DNA from: a virus
Length of the DNA: 64,000 nucleotides
IMG/VR virus record: IMGVR_UViG_3300033075_000609
Location: 5,224-69,223 of that record
Reading direction: 5' to 3' (one strand)
In this document: piece by piece, positions 19,753 through 29,007 of the stretch
Layout: each line of letters starts with the position of its first letter
Numbering within the stretch: position 1 is the stretch's first letter
Notes under the pieces: model-generated
The model's input: the letters and a program-made list of their open reading frames with translations, nothing else
Databases searched by the model: none
Told to the model about the DNA's origin: nothing
Translations under genes and position numbers: made by a program

Positions 19753-21763
19753 ACAAGATCAAAAATTATTTCAGGAATTATTAAAAAAATATAAGGTAGG
19801 ATTAATATCTGGATTAATTGAAGGAGATAATATTACATTTACTCCTACAGGGTGTAGGAATAAAATTATTTCTTCTACTGGCGGTGGTGGCACATCTTAT
19901 ATCCCCCCTTACCTAAAAACAGGAGGCGCATCATGGTCAGGAACTGGACTTGTGTATGATGTTTCTGGGTTAGAGTACTATTTCAATGGTGATAAACTTG
20001 CAGCAGCTACACAAGTTACATTAGATGCTTCTGACCCTGATGATAACAGATTGGATGCGATTGTAGTTGATGAAGAAGGTGTGGTAAGTGTTATTAAGGG
20101 TGATGCATCTGCAAGTCCTATTTCACCATCTGTGGATGAATTACATATCCTCATCCAATACATCCTTGTAGAAGCAGGTTCAACACAGCCAACTATTGCC
20201 AAAGAAGATATCTATTTAGAGAATGCAGAATGGACTACATCTACTTATACGACAGGTGCAGCAACAGGTTCTATTGATTTTGACAATGCTGTTTCTCCTA
20301 AACAAGGCGTGAAGTGTATTTCTGCAAATGCTGATGCTCGATTAGGTGCAAGGTTTGTTAGGACTACTTCATTTGACCCTTATCAATACACTATGCTGTC
20401 TATGTGGGTGAGGTTTACAGGTTCAAACGTTGACACTAATAAATCTTTAAATGTAAGGTTTGAAAATGGTGCAGGTACATTGGTGGCGAATACTATTAAT
20501 CTTTTCAATTTTGGATTACAAAGAAACTTGCTGAATGTTTGGCAATTAGTAGTAATTCCAATCACTTCATTTGGTGCATTACCAACAAGTGTGAAGGGTT
20601 TGAAAATCATAATGACAGGTGGCACTGTTGGTCAGGCAAGACAATGGGATATAGACCTGATTTCATTAACAGACAATTCTGTACCTTCTATTAACGAACA
20701 GGCGTTTAATATTCTTAAAGATGGAGCATTAGTAGGACAATCTTCTTCATTGAACTTCAAAGGTGCGTCTGTAAATGTTACAAATGACAACATCAACAAT
20801 AAGATAGATGTCGAGGTTATAGGCGGAGGTGGTGACACATTGCTATTTCCAAATGGAGTAAAATTGGTTTTATCAAGCAGAGATTTCCAAGCAGACGATA
20901 AAGATTATATTCTTTATTGTGCAGTTCCTAATATAGTGCTATCAATGCCTGAAACTAATCCATTTTCGGAGGGCGATTATGTAGGTGTGGTTATGTCAAG
21001 TCCAGATTCTTATTTTGAAACCTACAACAATGGTTCAGGTGGTACTGATAAAATTTATCCATACACTCAAAATCCAAGTGGTACAACGCTTGAACAGCAA
21101 AGCAGTTCAGAAGTAGTAATTTTAAGAGCCACAAATACAGGTAGCGTTAAGTTGTTGCCTTTAAGCGGTGCTGTTAAAGAATCGGTTGACATAAATGGTA
21201 GTAACTTTAAAACTCTTGCAAGGCATAATTATGACAAATCACAGAATGCAATTCCACTAAGCGGTACAGTTTCAGGAAGTCCTGTAACGGGTGATATTGA
21301 GGGTACAGATAGCATTAATATAAAAACGAAAAATTATGCTTCTTCTAATAATTATAATAGTTTAACACTTTTTGGTGATGCAGTAAGGCTAAGTTTTGAT
21401 GATAGTGTAATACAAACAAGTTTAACATTGTCACAGACACTTATTGAAGTAAATTGTAATAATTCAGGAAGTCGTGGTTTGATAGGAGCACAAGACTTCA
21501 CAGCCAACATAACCGACTTAGACTATCCACAAAAGATTTATGTAGGTTTTCGTGGTACAGCAACACTATCAAGTGGAACTGTAACTGTTGCAACAGATAA
21601 AATAAAAACAGGATATAAAATTTATTTATCAGTAAATACACCAAGTGGAACACAAGGTTTTTTGTCAGCACCAACAGGAAGTATTGTAGATGAAACTGAA
21701 TTTGTAATTAATTCAACAAGTGCAACTGATGACTCAACAGTTAATTGGTGGATAGCACCTTAA
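19739..21763 (+). CDS. tail fibre/receptor-binding protein with a carbohydrate-binding-like domain
   Basis: RLDAIVV; jelly-roll-like WQLVVIPITSFG segment; C-terminal GTATLSSGTVTV module. Confidence 0.7.
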   Translation: MELNKQDQKLFQELLKKYKVGLISGLIEGDNITFTPTGCRNKIISSTGGGGTSYIPPYLKTGGASWSGTGLVYDVSGLEYYFNGDKLAAATQVTLDASDPDDNRLDAIVVDEEGVVSVIKGDASASPISPSVDELHILIQYILVEAGSTQPTIAKEDIYLENAEWTTSTYTTGAATGSIDFDNAVSPKQGVKCISANADARLGARFVRTTSFDPYQYTMLSMWVRFTGSNVDTNKSLNVRFENGAGTLVANTINLFNFGLQRNLLNVWQLVVIPITSFGALPTSVKGLKIIMTGGTVGQARQWDIDLISLTDNSVPSINEQAFNILKDGALVGQSSSLNFKGASVNVTNDNINNKIDVEVIGGGGDTLLFPNGVKLVLSSRDFQADDKDYILYCAVPNIVLSMPETNPFSEGDYVGVVMSSPDSYFETYNNGSGGTDKIYPYTQNPSGTTLEQQSSSEVVILRATNTGSVKLLPLSGAVKESVDINGSNFKTLARHNYDKSQNAIPLSGTVSGSPVTGDIEGTDSINIKTKNYASSNNYNSLTLFGDAVRLSFDDSVIQTSLTLSQTLIEVNCNNSGSRGLIGAQDFTANITDLDYPQKIYVGFRGTATLSSGTVTVATDKIKTGYKIYLSVNTPSGTQGFLSAPTGSIVDETEFVINSTSATDDSTVNWWIAP

Positions 21764-21855
21764 AAAATAATTTTTTAAACTTAAAAATAACAACGTGAAC
21801 CAACAGCAATTACTCGCGCAAAGTAGATTCAATTTAATTTCAAGCCAATAATTTT

Positions 21856-22143
21856 ATGTTAAAATGGATTAAACTATTATTATCTGACTCTTCGCAAGCA
21901 AGTGTAAGAAGATTAATTGGATTTATTTCTTTTATAGAGTTATTAATAATTACGAATGTAGCTTTATTTACTAAAGTTGCTTTACTTAATATTAGTTTAA
22001 TAATTGTAGCTTTTAATATATTTGCAGCCATAACTATGATAGCAATTTTTTTATTAACAGCAACTAATATAGCAAAAATAATTTATTCTCCTTCATCTAA
22101 TTCAATAGAGGAAGATATTAACTCAGAAACAACTATACAATAA
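21856..22143 (+). CDS. two-TM membrane protein, holin-like (paralog A)
   Basis: Two hydrophobic helices; LLSDS..AS.RR.IG motif. Confidence 0.55.
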   Translation: MLKWIKLLLSDSSQASVRRLIGFISFIELLIITNVALFTKVALLNISLIIVAFNIFAAITMIAIFLLTATNIAKIIYSPSSNSIEEDINSETTIQ

Positions 22144-22469
22144 TGCTAACAACCTTCATACTAACAAATTTAAAAGAAATTTTAATATTGTTTGGATCAT
22201 CATTTACAACCTGGTTTTTTGTGAGAAAAAAACAACAAGCTGAAACAACATCTACTGAAATAGATAATGGTCAAAAGATAATTGAATTATATCAAAAAAG
22301 TTTAGATGATTTAGAAACAAGACATAAAGAACAATTTGAAGAATTAAAGAAAATGTATGATGCTAAAATTAATGAATTTACAGCACAAGTACATGCTTTA
22401 ACAATTGAATTAGAACTTTGGAAAACTAAATATGAAACTTCTCAAAAAGAATTAAAAAATAAAAAATGA
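22143..22469 (+). CDS. TM + coiled-coil protein (lysis-associated/holin-like)
   Basis: N-terminal TM, WFFVRKK, then coiled coil. Confidence 0.5.
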   Translation: MLTTFILTNLKEILILFGSSFTTWFFVRKKQQAETTSTEIDNGQKIIELYQKSLDDLETRHKEQFEELKKMYDAKINEFTAQVHALTIELELWKTKYETSQKELKNKK

Positions 22470-22860
22470 TTAAAGTAGGAGAACAAGGCATATTTATATC
22501 TGATACTGCTGCCAAAAAACTGTCTCCTTATATTTTAAGTCAGTTTAAAAAAACATTAGTTTTAGATTTAAATGCTTTACAATCATTTACAGAAACTGAT
22601 CCTGTATTTACAGCTTGGCAAACATTGTATGGTCAAGAAATGCAAGTGGAGATTATACAGGAACTTTAGTTGGTGCGTTTACAGAAGATAAAACATTTAT
22701 AAGTTATAATGCTTTTTCTGATGTAACCTTAAATCATGCAGTAGAATTAGTAAGAGTAGACGAAGATACACTTCAACTATGGACAGTATCAACAGGCACA
22801 GGTTCAACAATAGATAGTGTTTTAAATAAAACTTGTGTAGAAATTAGAATTTATAAATAA
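22466..22860 (+). pseudogene. frame-disrupted tail-fibre-like gene (two overlapping ORFs)
   Basis: FTETDPVFTAW in one frame continues as (L)ANIVWSRNASGDYTGTLVGAF in the -1 frame. Confidence 0.5.
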
Positions 22861-22869
22861 AAAAATACT

Positions 22870-23049
22870 ATGGAAAATATAACACCAAAAATAGTTCTTA
22901 CAGAAGAACAAAAAGCACAATGTATTGCTATTGATACAGCAGCAAAGGAAGAAATAAATGCACTTCCTGAAAAAGAAAGAACTATGGTAAAGGTTCAGCA
23001 AATTCTTAGCAGAGCCATAGCAGACAAAAAAATTATTAAAAATTCTTAG
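22870..23049 (+). CDS. small hypothetical protein (59 aa)
   Basis: Manual translation MENITPKIV...IIKNS*; A-rich leader. Confidence 0.55.
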   Translation: MENITPKIVLTEEQKAQCIAIDTAAKEEINALPEKERTMVKVQQILSRAIADKKIIKNS

Positions 23050-23066
23050 TAAACAAAATAATTTTA

Positions 23067-23390
23067 ATGACATCAATATTAAAAAAAATATTACATTGGA
23101 TAGGACTATTACTTTCAGATTCTAAATTTGCTTCTACAAGAAGGTTTATAGGTATCCAAGCTTTCTATAATTTAGTAATATTTGCAATTTTAGGATTTTG
23201 TTATAAACAAAAATTAGCAAATACTGAGTTAATAGTGCAGTTAGCAAGTTATTTTTTTACAATTGCAATGGCAACAATTATAGGAACTACTATAACAGAT
23301 ATGGCAGTAATAATAAAAAATTCACAATTAGGAGATAAAGAACCAGAAGATCCTTTTAATTATTCAAAAGATGATTATCCGAATAGATAG
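23067..23390 (+). CDS. two-TM membrane protein, holin-like (paralog B)
   Basis: WIGLLLSDSKFASTRRFIG, similar to 21856..22143. Confidence 0.55.
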   Translation: MTSILKKILHWIGLLLSDSKFASTRRFIGIQAFYNLVIFAILGFCYKQKLANTELIVQLASYFFTIAMATIIGTTITDMAVIIKNSQLGDKEPEDPFNYSKDDYPNR

Positions 23391-24819
23391 ACAAAATGAT
23401 GTACCTAAAATTACAGAACCAGGTAAATTAGTTTATTCTGAAAAATCTGATGCCTTATTTATACGAACTCTTAAAGAAGGTACAAAAGTAATTGGAGGGA
23501 ATAATACAACCATAGTAGAAACAGATCCTATATTTTCAGCTTGGTTAGCAACTCCTCCTAATGTTTCCATTTTTACAAATGATGCAGGTTATCTTACATC
23601 CTTTTCTGAAACAGATCCTGTATATACAGCAAGTTCTTGGTATTCAACAACTAATAATGCTACTGATTGGAATACTTCTTTTGGATGGGGAAATCATGCA
23701 TCCGCAGGTTATCTTACAAGTATTACAAGTGGACAAATTACAACTGCTTTAGGATTTACTCCTGTTACAAATGCAAGAACATTAACTATAAATGGTACTA
23801 CTTATGATTTAAGTGCTGATAGAAGTTGGACTGTTTCAGGAGGTATTTCTACATTAAATACTTTGACAGGAGTAACTCAAACATTTGCTACAGGCACAAC
23901 AGGTACAGATTTTAGTATTAGTTCATCAGGAACAACTCATACTTTTAATATCCCTACTGCTTCATCAAGTAATAGAGGAGTATTATCAACAACTGATTGG
24001 ACAACATTTAATAGTAAAGAATCAGCTTTAACATTCTCTACAGGATTAACAAGGACATCAAATACTATAACATCCAATATTTCAACAGGAGTTTCTGGTG
24101 GACAAACTATTATTGGAGGAACTGCAAGTGGAAATAATTTAACTTTATCATCTACTTCAAATGCTACCAAAGGAAAATTATTATTTGGTACTTCTGCCTA
24201 TGATGAAGTCAATAATAGATTAGGTATAGGTAATACATCTCCTTCTTACGCTTTAGATGTTAATGGAGATATTAGAGTTAACAATATTTACAGATTTCAA
24301 GCAGGACAATCTTTTTCAGTATCTGGAAATGGAATCAACATAAATGCAAATAATGGAACAGTTTGGAATGCAAACTTAACAGGTTCTACTCTTTTAGCTT
24401 TGTCTAATGCTGGTATTTTTGGATTTACTGCTGGGTTTGTAACAGGATATACTAATCCTTTTATAGCTTTAGGAGTACATAGAGAATCAAGCACAAATTG
24501 GAGAGCTCAATTGGCTTATCCTATTACTTTTCAAAATTTAGCAGGAGATATAGCTATTACTCAAGATACAGGTAAAACATATGGAGGAATATTTACTCCT
24601 ACAGAAACCTTGAGATTAAAGGTAGGAGGTACAGTAGGCATAGGAGTAACTTCTCCCTCCGCTTATTTATCAATAAAAGCATCTACTACTTCTATTCCTC
24701 ATTTAAATTTAACAGCAGGCTCAGCACCTTCTTCTCCCACTAATGGAGATATTTGGTTTGATGGCACTGATATAAAAATGAGAATTGGAGGTGTTACTAA
24801 AACATTTACATTAACTTAA
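23371..24819 (+). CDS. tail fibre protein with ETDP repeats
   Basis: ETDP/AGYLT repeats, ITTALGFTP, RTLTINGTTYDLSADRSW, RLGIGNTSP, PSSPTNGDIWFDG. Confidence 0.8.
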   Translation: MIIRIDRQNDVPKITEPGKLVYSEKSDALFIRTLKEGTKVIGGNNTTIVETDPIFSAWLATPPNVSIFTNDAGYLTSFSETDPVYTASSWYSTTNNATDWNTSFGWGNHASAGYLTSITSGQITTALGFTPVTNARTLTINGTTYDLSADRSWTVSGGISTLNTLTGVTQTFATGTTGTDFSISSSGTTHTFNIPTASSSNRGVLSTTDWTTFNSKESALTFSTGLTRTSNTITSNISTGVSGGQTIIGGTASGNNLTLSSTSNATKGKLLFGTSAYDEVNNRLGIGNTSPSYALDVNGDIRVNNIYRFQAGQSFSVSGNGININANNGTVWNANLTGSTLLALSNAGIFGFTAGFVTGYTNPFIALGVHRESSTNWRAQLAYPITFQNLAGDIAITQDTGKTYGGIFTPTETLRLKVGGTVGIGVTSPSAYLSIKASTTSIPHLNLTAGSAPSSPTNGDIWFDGTDIKMRIGGVTKTFTLT

Positions 24820-24820
24820 T

Positions 24821-25045
24821 ATGAAATATGAACTTTTAAATACCATTATTTCCGCAGAAATGCCTATATTAGAATCAGACGAATATGCTGTAATTATTAC
24901 TTTACGTTTACATCCTACTGATAATATAGCCAGTGATTTTTCAAAGGATGTTGTAGTAGTGAGTAACAATTCTCAAACAGGATTTGAAGTTGATGCTCAA
25001 AGAGAACAAGAAATACAAAACTACTTAAATCAAATAAATCAATAA
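24821..25045 (+). CDS. small protein, possible fibre chaperone
   Basis: Directly follows the fibre gene. Confidence 0.45.
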   Translation: MKYELLNTIISAEMPILESDEYAVIITLRLHPTDNIASDFSKDVVVVSNNSQTGFEVDAQREQEIQNYLNQINQ

Positions 25046-25050
25046 TAAAC

Positions 25051-25200
25051 ATGGATAACGAAGAAATTTTAAAAAAAGCAAAAGAAATCATAGAAGAAGA
25101 AAAAAAGAAAAACGTTCAAAATTTTGATAAAGAATTATTAGAACTTTGTAAAAAATACAATATTCAATTAGTTCCTCAAATAACTATACAATCTTTATAA
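25051..25200 (+). CDS. small hypothetical protein (49 aa)
   Basis: Manual translation MDNEEILKKA...LCKKYNIQLVPQITIQSL*. Confidence 0.55.
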   Translation: MDNEEILKKAKEIIEEEKKKNVQNFDKELLELCKKYNIQLVPQITIQSL

Positions 25201-25201
25201 T

Positions 25202-25867
25202 ATGTTTAATAGTTTATCTACTTATTACTCAATATGGACAATTGTTCAGACTTTAATAATAGGAGCAGGAGGACTTGCCACTGCTATATTAGCTATTTGG
25301 GGTATTTGGGCTAAAATACTAAAACCTTGGTTTAAAGAATCAAGAGAAAAGAGAGAAACTCTTTTTAAAGCTATTGGACATATAGAAGGTATTTCTGAAA
25401 AACTTGAAAAAGTTTCTCAAGAGTTACAACCAAATGGAGGAGGATCAATTAAAGATCAAATTAAACAAATAGCTAATGACATAAAAATTATTAGAGTAGA
25501 AAGGGATGCTACATTTTATTTATCTAAAGAACCTTCTTTTAAAAGTGATGGAAAAGGATATTACACAAGTATAAATTATGCTTTAAGCCAGTTAGTAGGA
25601 GTCTCAGAATCTGAATTATTAGGTTTAGGGTGGTTAAATTATGTTGCTTTAGAAGATAAAGATAGAATTTGGGAAGAATGGGAAAATATTATAGAATCAG
25701 GAAAAGAGATTTCTTTATTTTATGGGATAAAAAACCCTACTACAATGGAAGTTATATCTGTAAAATGTAGAGCAGTTATTATTAGAGATAATAATAAAAT
25801 ATTATCTGTGATAGGAACTATAGAACCCACAGAGAAAAAACATTACAAAAAACTAAAGATAGCTTAA
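25202..25867 (+). CDS. membrane-anchored PAS-domain protein with holin-like N-terminus
   Basis: N-terminal TM, coiled coil, ELQPNGGGSIKD; PAS signature SDGKG...IN..LSQLVG....ELLG.GWLNYVALEDKDRI...W; terminal beta strands. Confidence 0.8.
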   Translation: MFNSLSTYYSIWTIVQTLIIGAGGLATAILAIWGIWAKILKPWFKESREKRETLFKAIGHIEGISEKLEKVSQELQPNGGGSIKDQIKQIANDIKIIRVERDATFYLSKEPSFKSDGKGYYTSINYALSQLVGVSESELLGLGWLNYVALEDKDRIWEEWENIIESGKEISLFYGIKNPTTMEVISVKCRAVIIRDNNKILSVIGTIEPTEKKHYKKLKIA

Positions 25868-25868
25868 C

Positions 25869-26276
25869 ATGAATAATAAATTATTGACTTATCTTTACTC
25901 CATGAAAAAACAAATAATAATAGTGTTAATTATTGTGACAATTGCGTTAATTTTTTTATTACCAAAAAGTTGTAATAAGCCAATAGAAGTAAAACAAGAT
26001 AATGGTTGGGAAACACTTAAAAAAGAAAAGGAGAGAGAAATAGAAAAAAAAGATAGTGTTTATTTAGATTTAAAGAAAAAAACTGATTTAAGAATTAAAC
26101 AATTAGAAAAAGAAAGAATTTCTCAAGAAAAAAAATATCAAAAGCAATTAAATGACCTAAAGAAAAAGTATGACAAAGAATATAGTAAAGTTACTGCTAC
26201 TCCTATTGATAGCACAATCAACATTAGCTCAAGATTTTTATCCGAAGAAGTTGATTATTCAAAATTCCAAAAGTAG
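25869..26276 (+). CDS. spanin-like subunit (N-terminal hydrophobic segment then Cys, coiled coil)
   Basis: IIIVLIIVTIALIFLLPKSC followed by a long coiled coil; overlaps the next gene. Confidence 0.55.
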   Translation: MNNKLLTYLYSMKKQIIIVLIIVTIALIFLLPKSCNKPIEVKQDNGWETLKKEKEREIEKKDSVYLDLKKKTDLRIKQLEKERISQEKKYQKQLNDLKKKYDKEYSKVTATPIDSTINISSRFLSEEVDYSKFQK

Positions 26277-26649
26277 AGATACTGTAATTGCTTTTACTAA
26301 TGAACAAGTAATTAAAATTAATCAAGAGCATGTAATTTTAAAACAATGTATTGAATATTCAAATATTCAAGATTCTACAATTAAATTTCATCTTAAAACT
26401 ATAGAAGAATTAAAAAGTATTAATTTTAATTACATATCTCTAGATTCTATTTCAAGAGAAACTATTGAAACTCAAAGTTTTATGCTACAAGCTTCTTATA
26501 GAGAAAAACAACAATTACAAGAAACTTTTACTAAATATCAAAAACAAGTTAAAAAGCAAAATAGAAATACTTGGTTTTATAGTACATTTATTCTTATTCC
26601 TATAATAGCTATAACTACAGGTTTATTAACTCATTTCATCCCTAAATAA
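26170..26649 (+). CDS. spanin-like partner (signal peptide, coiled coil, C-terminal TM)
   Basis: MTKNIVKLLLLLLIAQSTLAQ signal; C-terminal FILIPIIAITTGLL; 107-nt overlap with the previous gene. Confidence 0.5.
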   Translation: MTKNIVKLLLLLLIAQSTLAQDFYPKKLIIQNSKSRDTVIAFTNEQVIKINQEHVILKQCIEYSNIQDSTIKFHLKTIEELKSINFNYISLDSISRETIETQSFMLQASYREKQQLQETFTKYQKQVKKQNRNTWFYSTFILIPIIAITTGLLTHFIPK

Positions 26650-26654
26650 ATTTC

Positions 26655-28016
26655 ATGAATAAAAGACAACAAGTAATAGATTTTTTATCTAAAAGATATA
26701 ATAATATCTTAAAAGCAAAACAAAATGGAACAATTTCTTGGGTAGAAATTAAAGACGAATTTCACAGAGAAACAGGATTTGATTTACACAAAGATTATTT
26801 TAGAAGTGTATTCAAAGATATTAAAGTAGGTACTGAAACAGTTGGTTACATGTACCCAGTAAGTACAGAACTATTGGAGAGAAAATATAACATAACTACA
26901 ACAGATGACACTTTCCATTACATAAATGGAAATGAAAATAATGATAAAGGAACTAAAGAATTTACTTTTACAGCAAATAAAATTCCTACTGAAGCAGAAA
27001 TAGTAGATCATTTCAACATAGATTTAACTAAATATCGTATTGCTCAAATATGGCATAAAACGACTCCAGGAGGTAAATATTCTATAAGTGTTAATTTACA
27101 GGCAAATAAAATAAGACAATTAAGTTCTGAATTTGAGCAAGGTTTTAAAAGGTTTTGTGAAAAACAAAGTTTAAAAGTATTGAAATCCGAATCTAAGATC
27201 AATACTTTAGGAGTTCCTAAATTTGAAAAAAATTCTACAGTAGTAATAAATTTAGCTGATTTACATTTAGGAAAACTTGTCTCAGAACATGAAACAGGTG
27301 AAAGATATAATATTGATATAGCTAAAGAAAGATTTTTAACTTGTATTAGACATTTAGCTTATAAATCATATTCTTGTTATGGAATTAAAAAATTTATTTT
27401 GTCTTCATTAGGAGACACTTTACATACAGATACAGTTAAATCAACCACAACCTCTGGTACTTATGTAGAATCAGATACAAGAGCATCTAAGGTATTTGAA
27501 GTAGCATTGGAAGTATTGACAGAATCTATAGATATACTTAGACAGTTTGCAGATGAAGTAGAGTTTATTAATATAGCTGGAAATCACTGTGAATTATCTG
27601 AGCAACATTTAGGTATAGCACTTAAAGCATATTATAGAAATGATAGTCAAGTTACTATAAACGCAGAGCCAAAAGTAAGAAAATCCATATTAATAGGAGA
27701 CAACTTATTGTCTTGGACACATGGAGATACAAATATGAATACACTTCCTTTAACTATTGCTACAGAAGTTTCTGAATTATGGGGAAAATCAAAATTTAGA
27801 TTAGTACAATTAGGACATTTACATGGTACAAAGAAAAAAATATTCCAAGCAGAAGATGAGTTTAATGGGGTTATTGTAAGGCATTTTAGTTCTTTATCAG
27901 GAACTGACTCTTGGCATAATAAAAATAACTACATAGGAAATCAAAAGAGGGGAACTGCCTTAGTATTTACAGACAATGAAATAGGTATAGTAGGGGAATT
28001 CTATAAAACAATATGA
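26655..28016 (+). CDS. calcineurin-like metallophosphoesterase
   Basis: DLHLG, GDTLH, GNH, HGD, GHLH motifs. Confidence 0.88.
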   Translation: MNKRQQVIDFLSKRYNNILKAKQNGTISWVEIKDEFHRETGFDLHKDYFRSVFKDIKVGTETVGYMYPVSTELLERKYNITTTDDTFHYINGNENNDKGTKEFTFTANKIPTEAEIVDHFNIDLTKYRIAQIWHKTTPGGKYSISVNLQANKIRQLSSEFEQGFKRFCEKQSLKVLKSESKINTLGVPKFEKNSTVVINLADLHLGKLVSEHETGERYNIDIAKERFLTCIRHLAYKSYSCYGIKKFILSSLGDTLHTDTVKSTTTSGTYVESDTRASKVFEVALEVLTESIDILRQFADEVEFINIAGNHCELSEQHLGIALKAYYRNDSQVTINAEPKVRKSILIGDNLLSWTHGDTNMNTLPLTIATEVSELWGKSKFRLVQLGHLHGTKKKIFQAEDEFNGVIVRHFSSLSGTDSWHNKNNYIGNQKRGTALVFTDNEIGIVGEFYKTI

Positions 28017-28714
28017 GTAAAGCAGAAAAAATTTCAGGATTAACTATTTCAGAGCTTACACAAATAGGTATTTATAAAATTTGGTTTGATAATGATGATT
28101 TAAAAAGAGTTTATATAGGTAGTGCTATTAGAAATGGAAAAAATAATCCTCAGAAAGGATTTTTAAATAGATGGAATTTACATCTCAGTAATTTAATAAA
28201 TAATCATAATTGTACACCTAAATTACAAAATGCTTTTAATAAATATGGATTAGAGAATATAAGATTTGAAATTATTGAAGTATTAGAAAAAGATAAACCT
28301 GTGAGTTATTATGAAGATATTGAAACAAAGTACATAAAAAAATTTGATGCTGTTAAAAATGGTTGGAATATAAATATTAATGGTAAAAATTGTAAAGGTA
28401 CTCCTATGAGAAAGGAAGTTAAAGACAGAATTTCTATTGCTAATAAAGGAGTAAATAATGGTATGTATAATAAATATGGAAAATTAAATCCCAATTCTAA
28501 ACCTGTTTATCAGTATGATTTAGAAGGTAATTTTATTAAGAAATGGGAATGTGCCAGAGAAATTAATAGAGCTTTACATATTCCTTATAAACAAATATCT
28601 CAAACTTTGAAAACCAAGAGTAAATTTTGTAAAGGATTTTTATGGTATTCTTTAGCTATGGGGAATAAAGTAGATAAATACATTAAAAGAAATCCTATTG
28701 AAAATCTTAGATAA
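28013..28714 (+). CDS. GIY-YIG homing endonuclease with NUMOD-type C-terminus
   Basis: GIYKI...VYIGSA...RW..H; KPVYQYDLEGNFIKKW. Confidence 0.88.
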   Translation: MSKAEKISGLTISELTQIGIYKIWFDNDDLKRVYIGSAIRNGKNNPQKGFLNRWNLHLSNLINNHNCTPKLQNAFNKYGLENIRFEIIEVLEKDKPVSYYEDIETKYIKKFDAVKNGWNININGKNCKGTPMRKEVKDRISIANKGVNNGMYNKYGKLNPNSKPVYQYDLEGNFIKKWECAREINRALHIPYKQISQTLKTKSKFCKGFLWYSLAMGNKVDKYIKRNPIENLR

Positions 28715-28725
28715 AAAATTAAATA

Positions 28726-28920
28726 ATGGAATTAGAAGAAAAATTTAAAAATTTATCAATAGATAAATTAAGATTAAAGATAGAGGAATATTTTAAAAAG
28801 TCTTTTGAGACTATAAAAGATTCTAAAATAACTCATTATGATAATGGACTAACCCATATAAAAGATGAGGGCTTATCCATAATGGTAAATACTAAAAACT
28901 ATTTAAAGACACTAAAATAA
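28726..28920 (+). CDS. hypothetical protein
   Basis: ORF track; precedes a terminator. Confidence 0.5.
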   Translation: MELEEKFKNLSIDKLRLKIEEYFKKSFETIKDSKITHYDNGLTHIKDEGLSIMVNTKNYLKTLK

Positions 28921-28942
28921 GTAACATTAAATTAACAATAAG

Positions 28943-28979
28943 AAAGAGGGCATAACATTTTAAGTTATGCTCTCTTTTT
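28943..28979 (+). terminator. intrinsic terminator, possibly bidirectional
   Basis: AAAGAGGGCATAAC / GTTATGCTCTCTTT stem followed by a T-run. Confidence 0.8.
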
Positions 28980-28983
28980 CATT

Positions 28984-29007
28984 TTAATTTATTATATTAT
29001 AGTGATG
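28984..29007 (+). promoter_or_regulatory. putative phage late promoter, copy 1
   Basis: TTAATTTAT-TATATTATAGTGATG immediately after a terminator; ends at a start codon. Confidence 0.6.

Noticed and set aside
22544-22556. A-run as a programmed -1 frameshift site joining 22466 and 22615
   Set aside because: The -1 frame has a TGA at 22597-22599, so slippage here would terminate
16832-24819. Diversity-generating retroelement or invertible fibre cassette
   Set aside because: No reverse transcriptase or recombinase in the window, and no TR/VR pair or inverted cassette was noticed by eye
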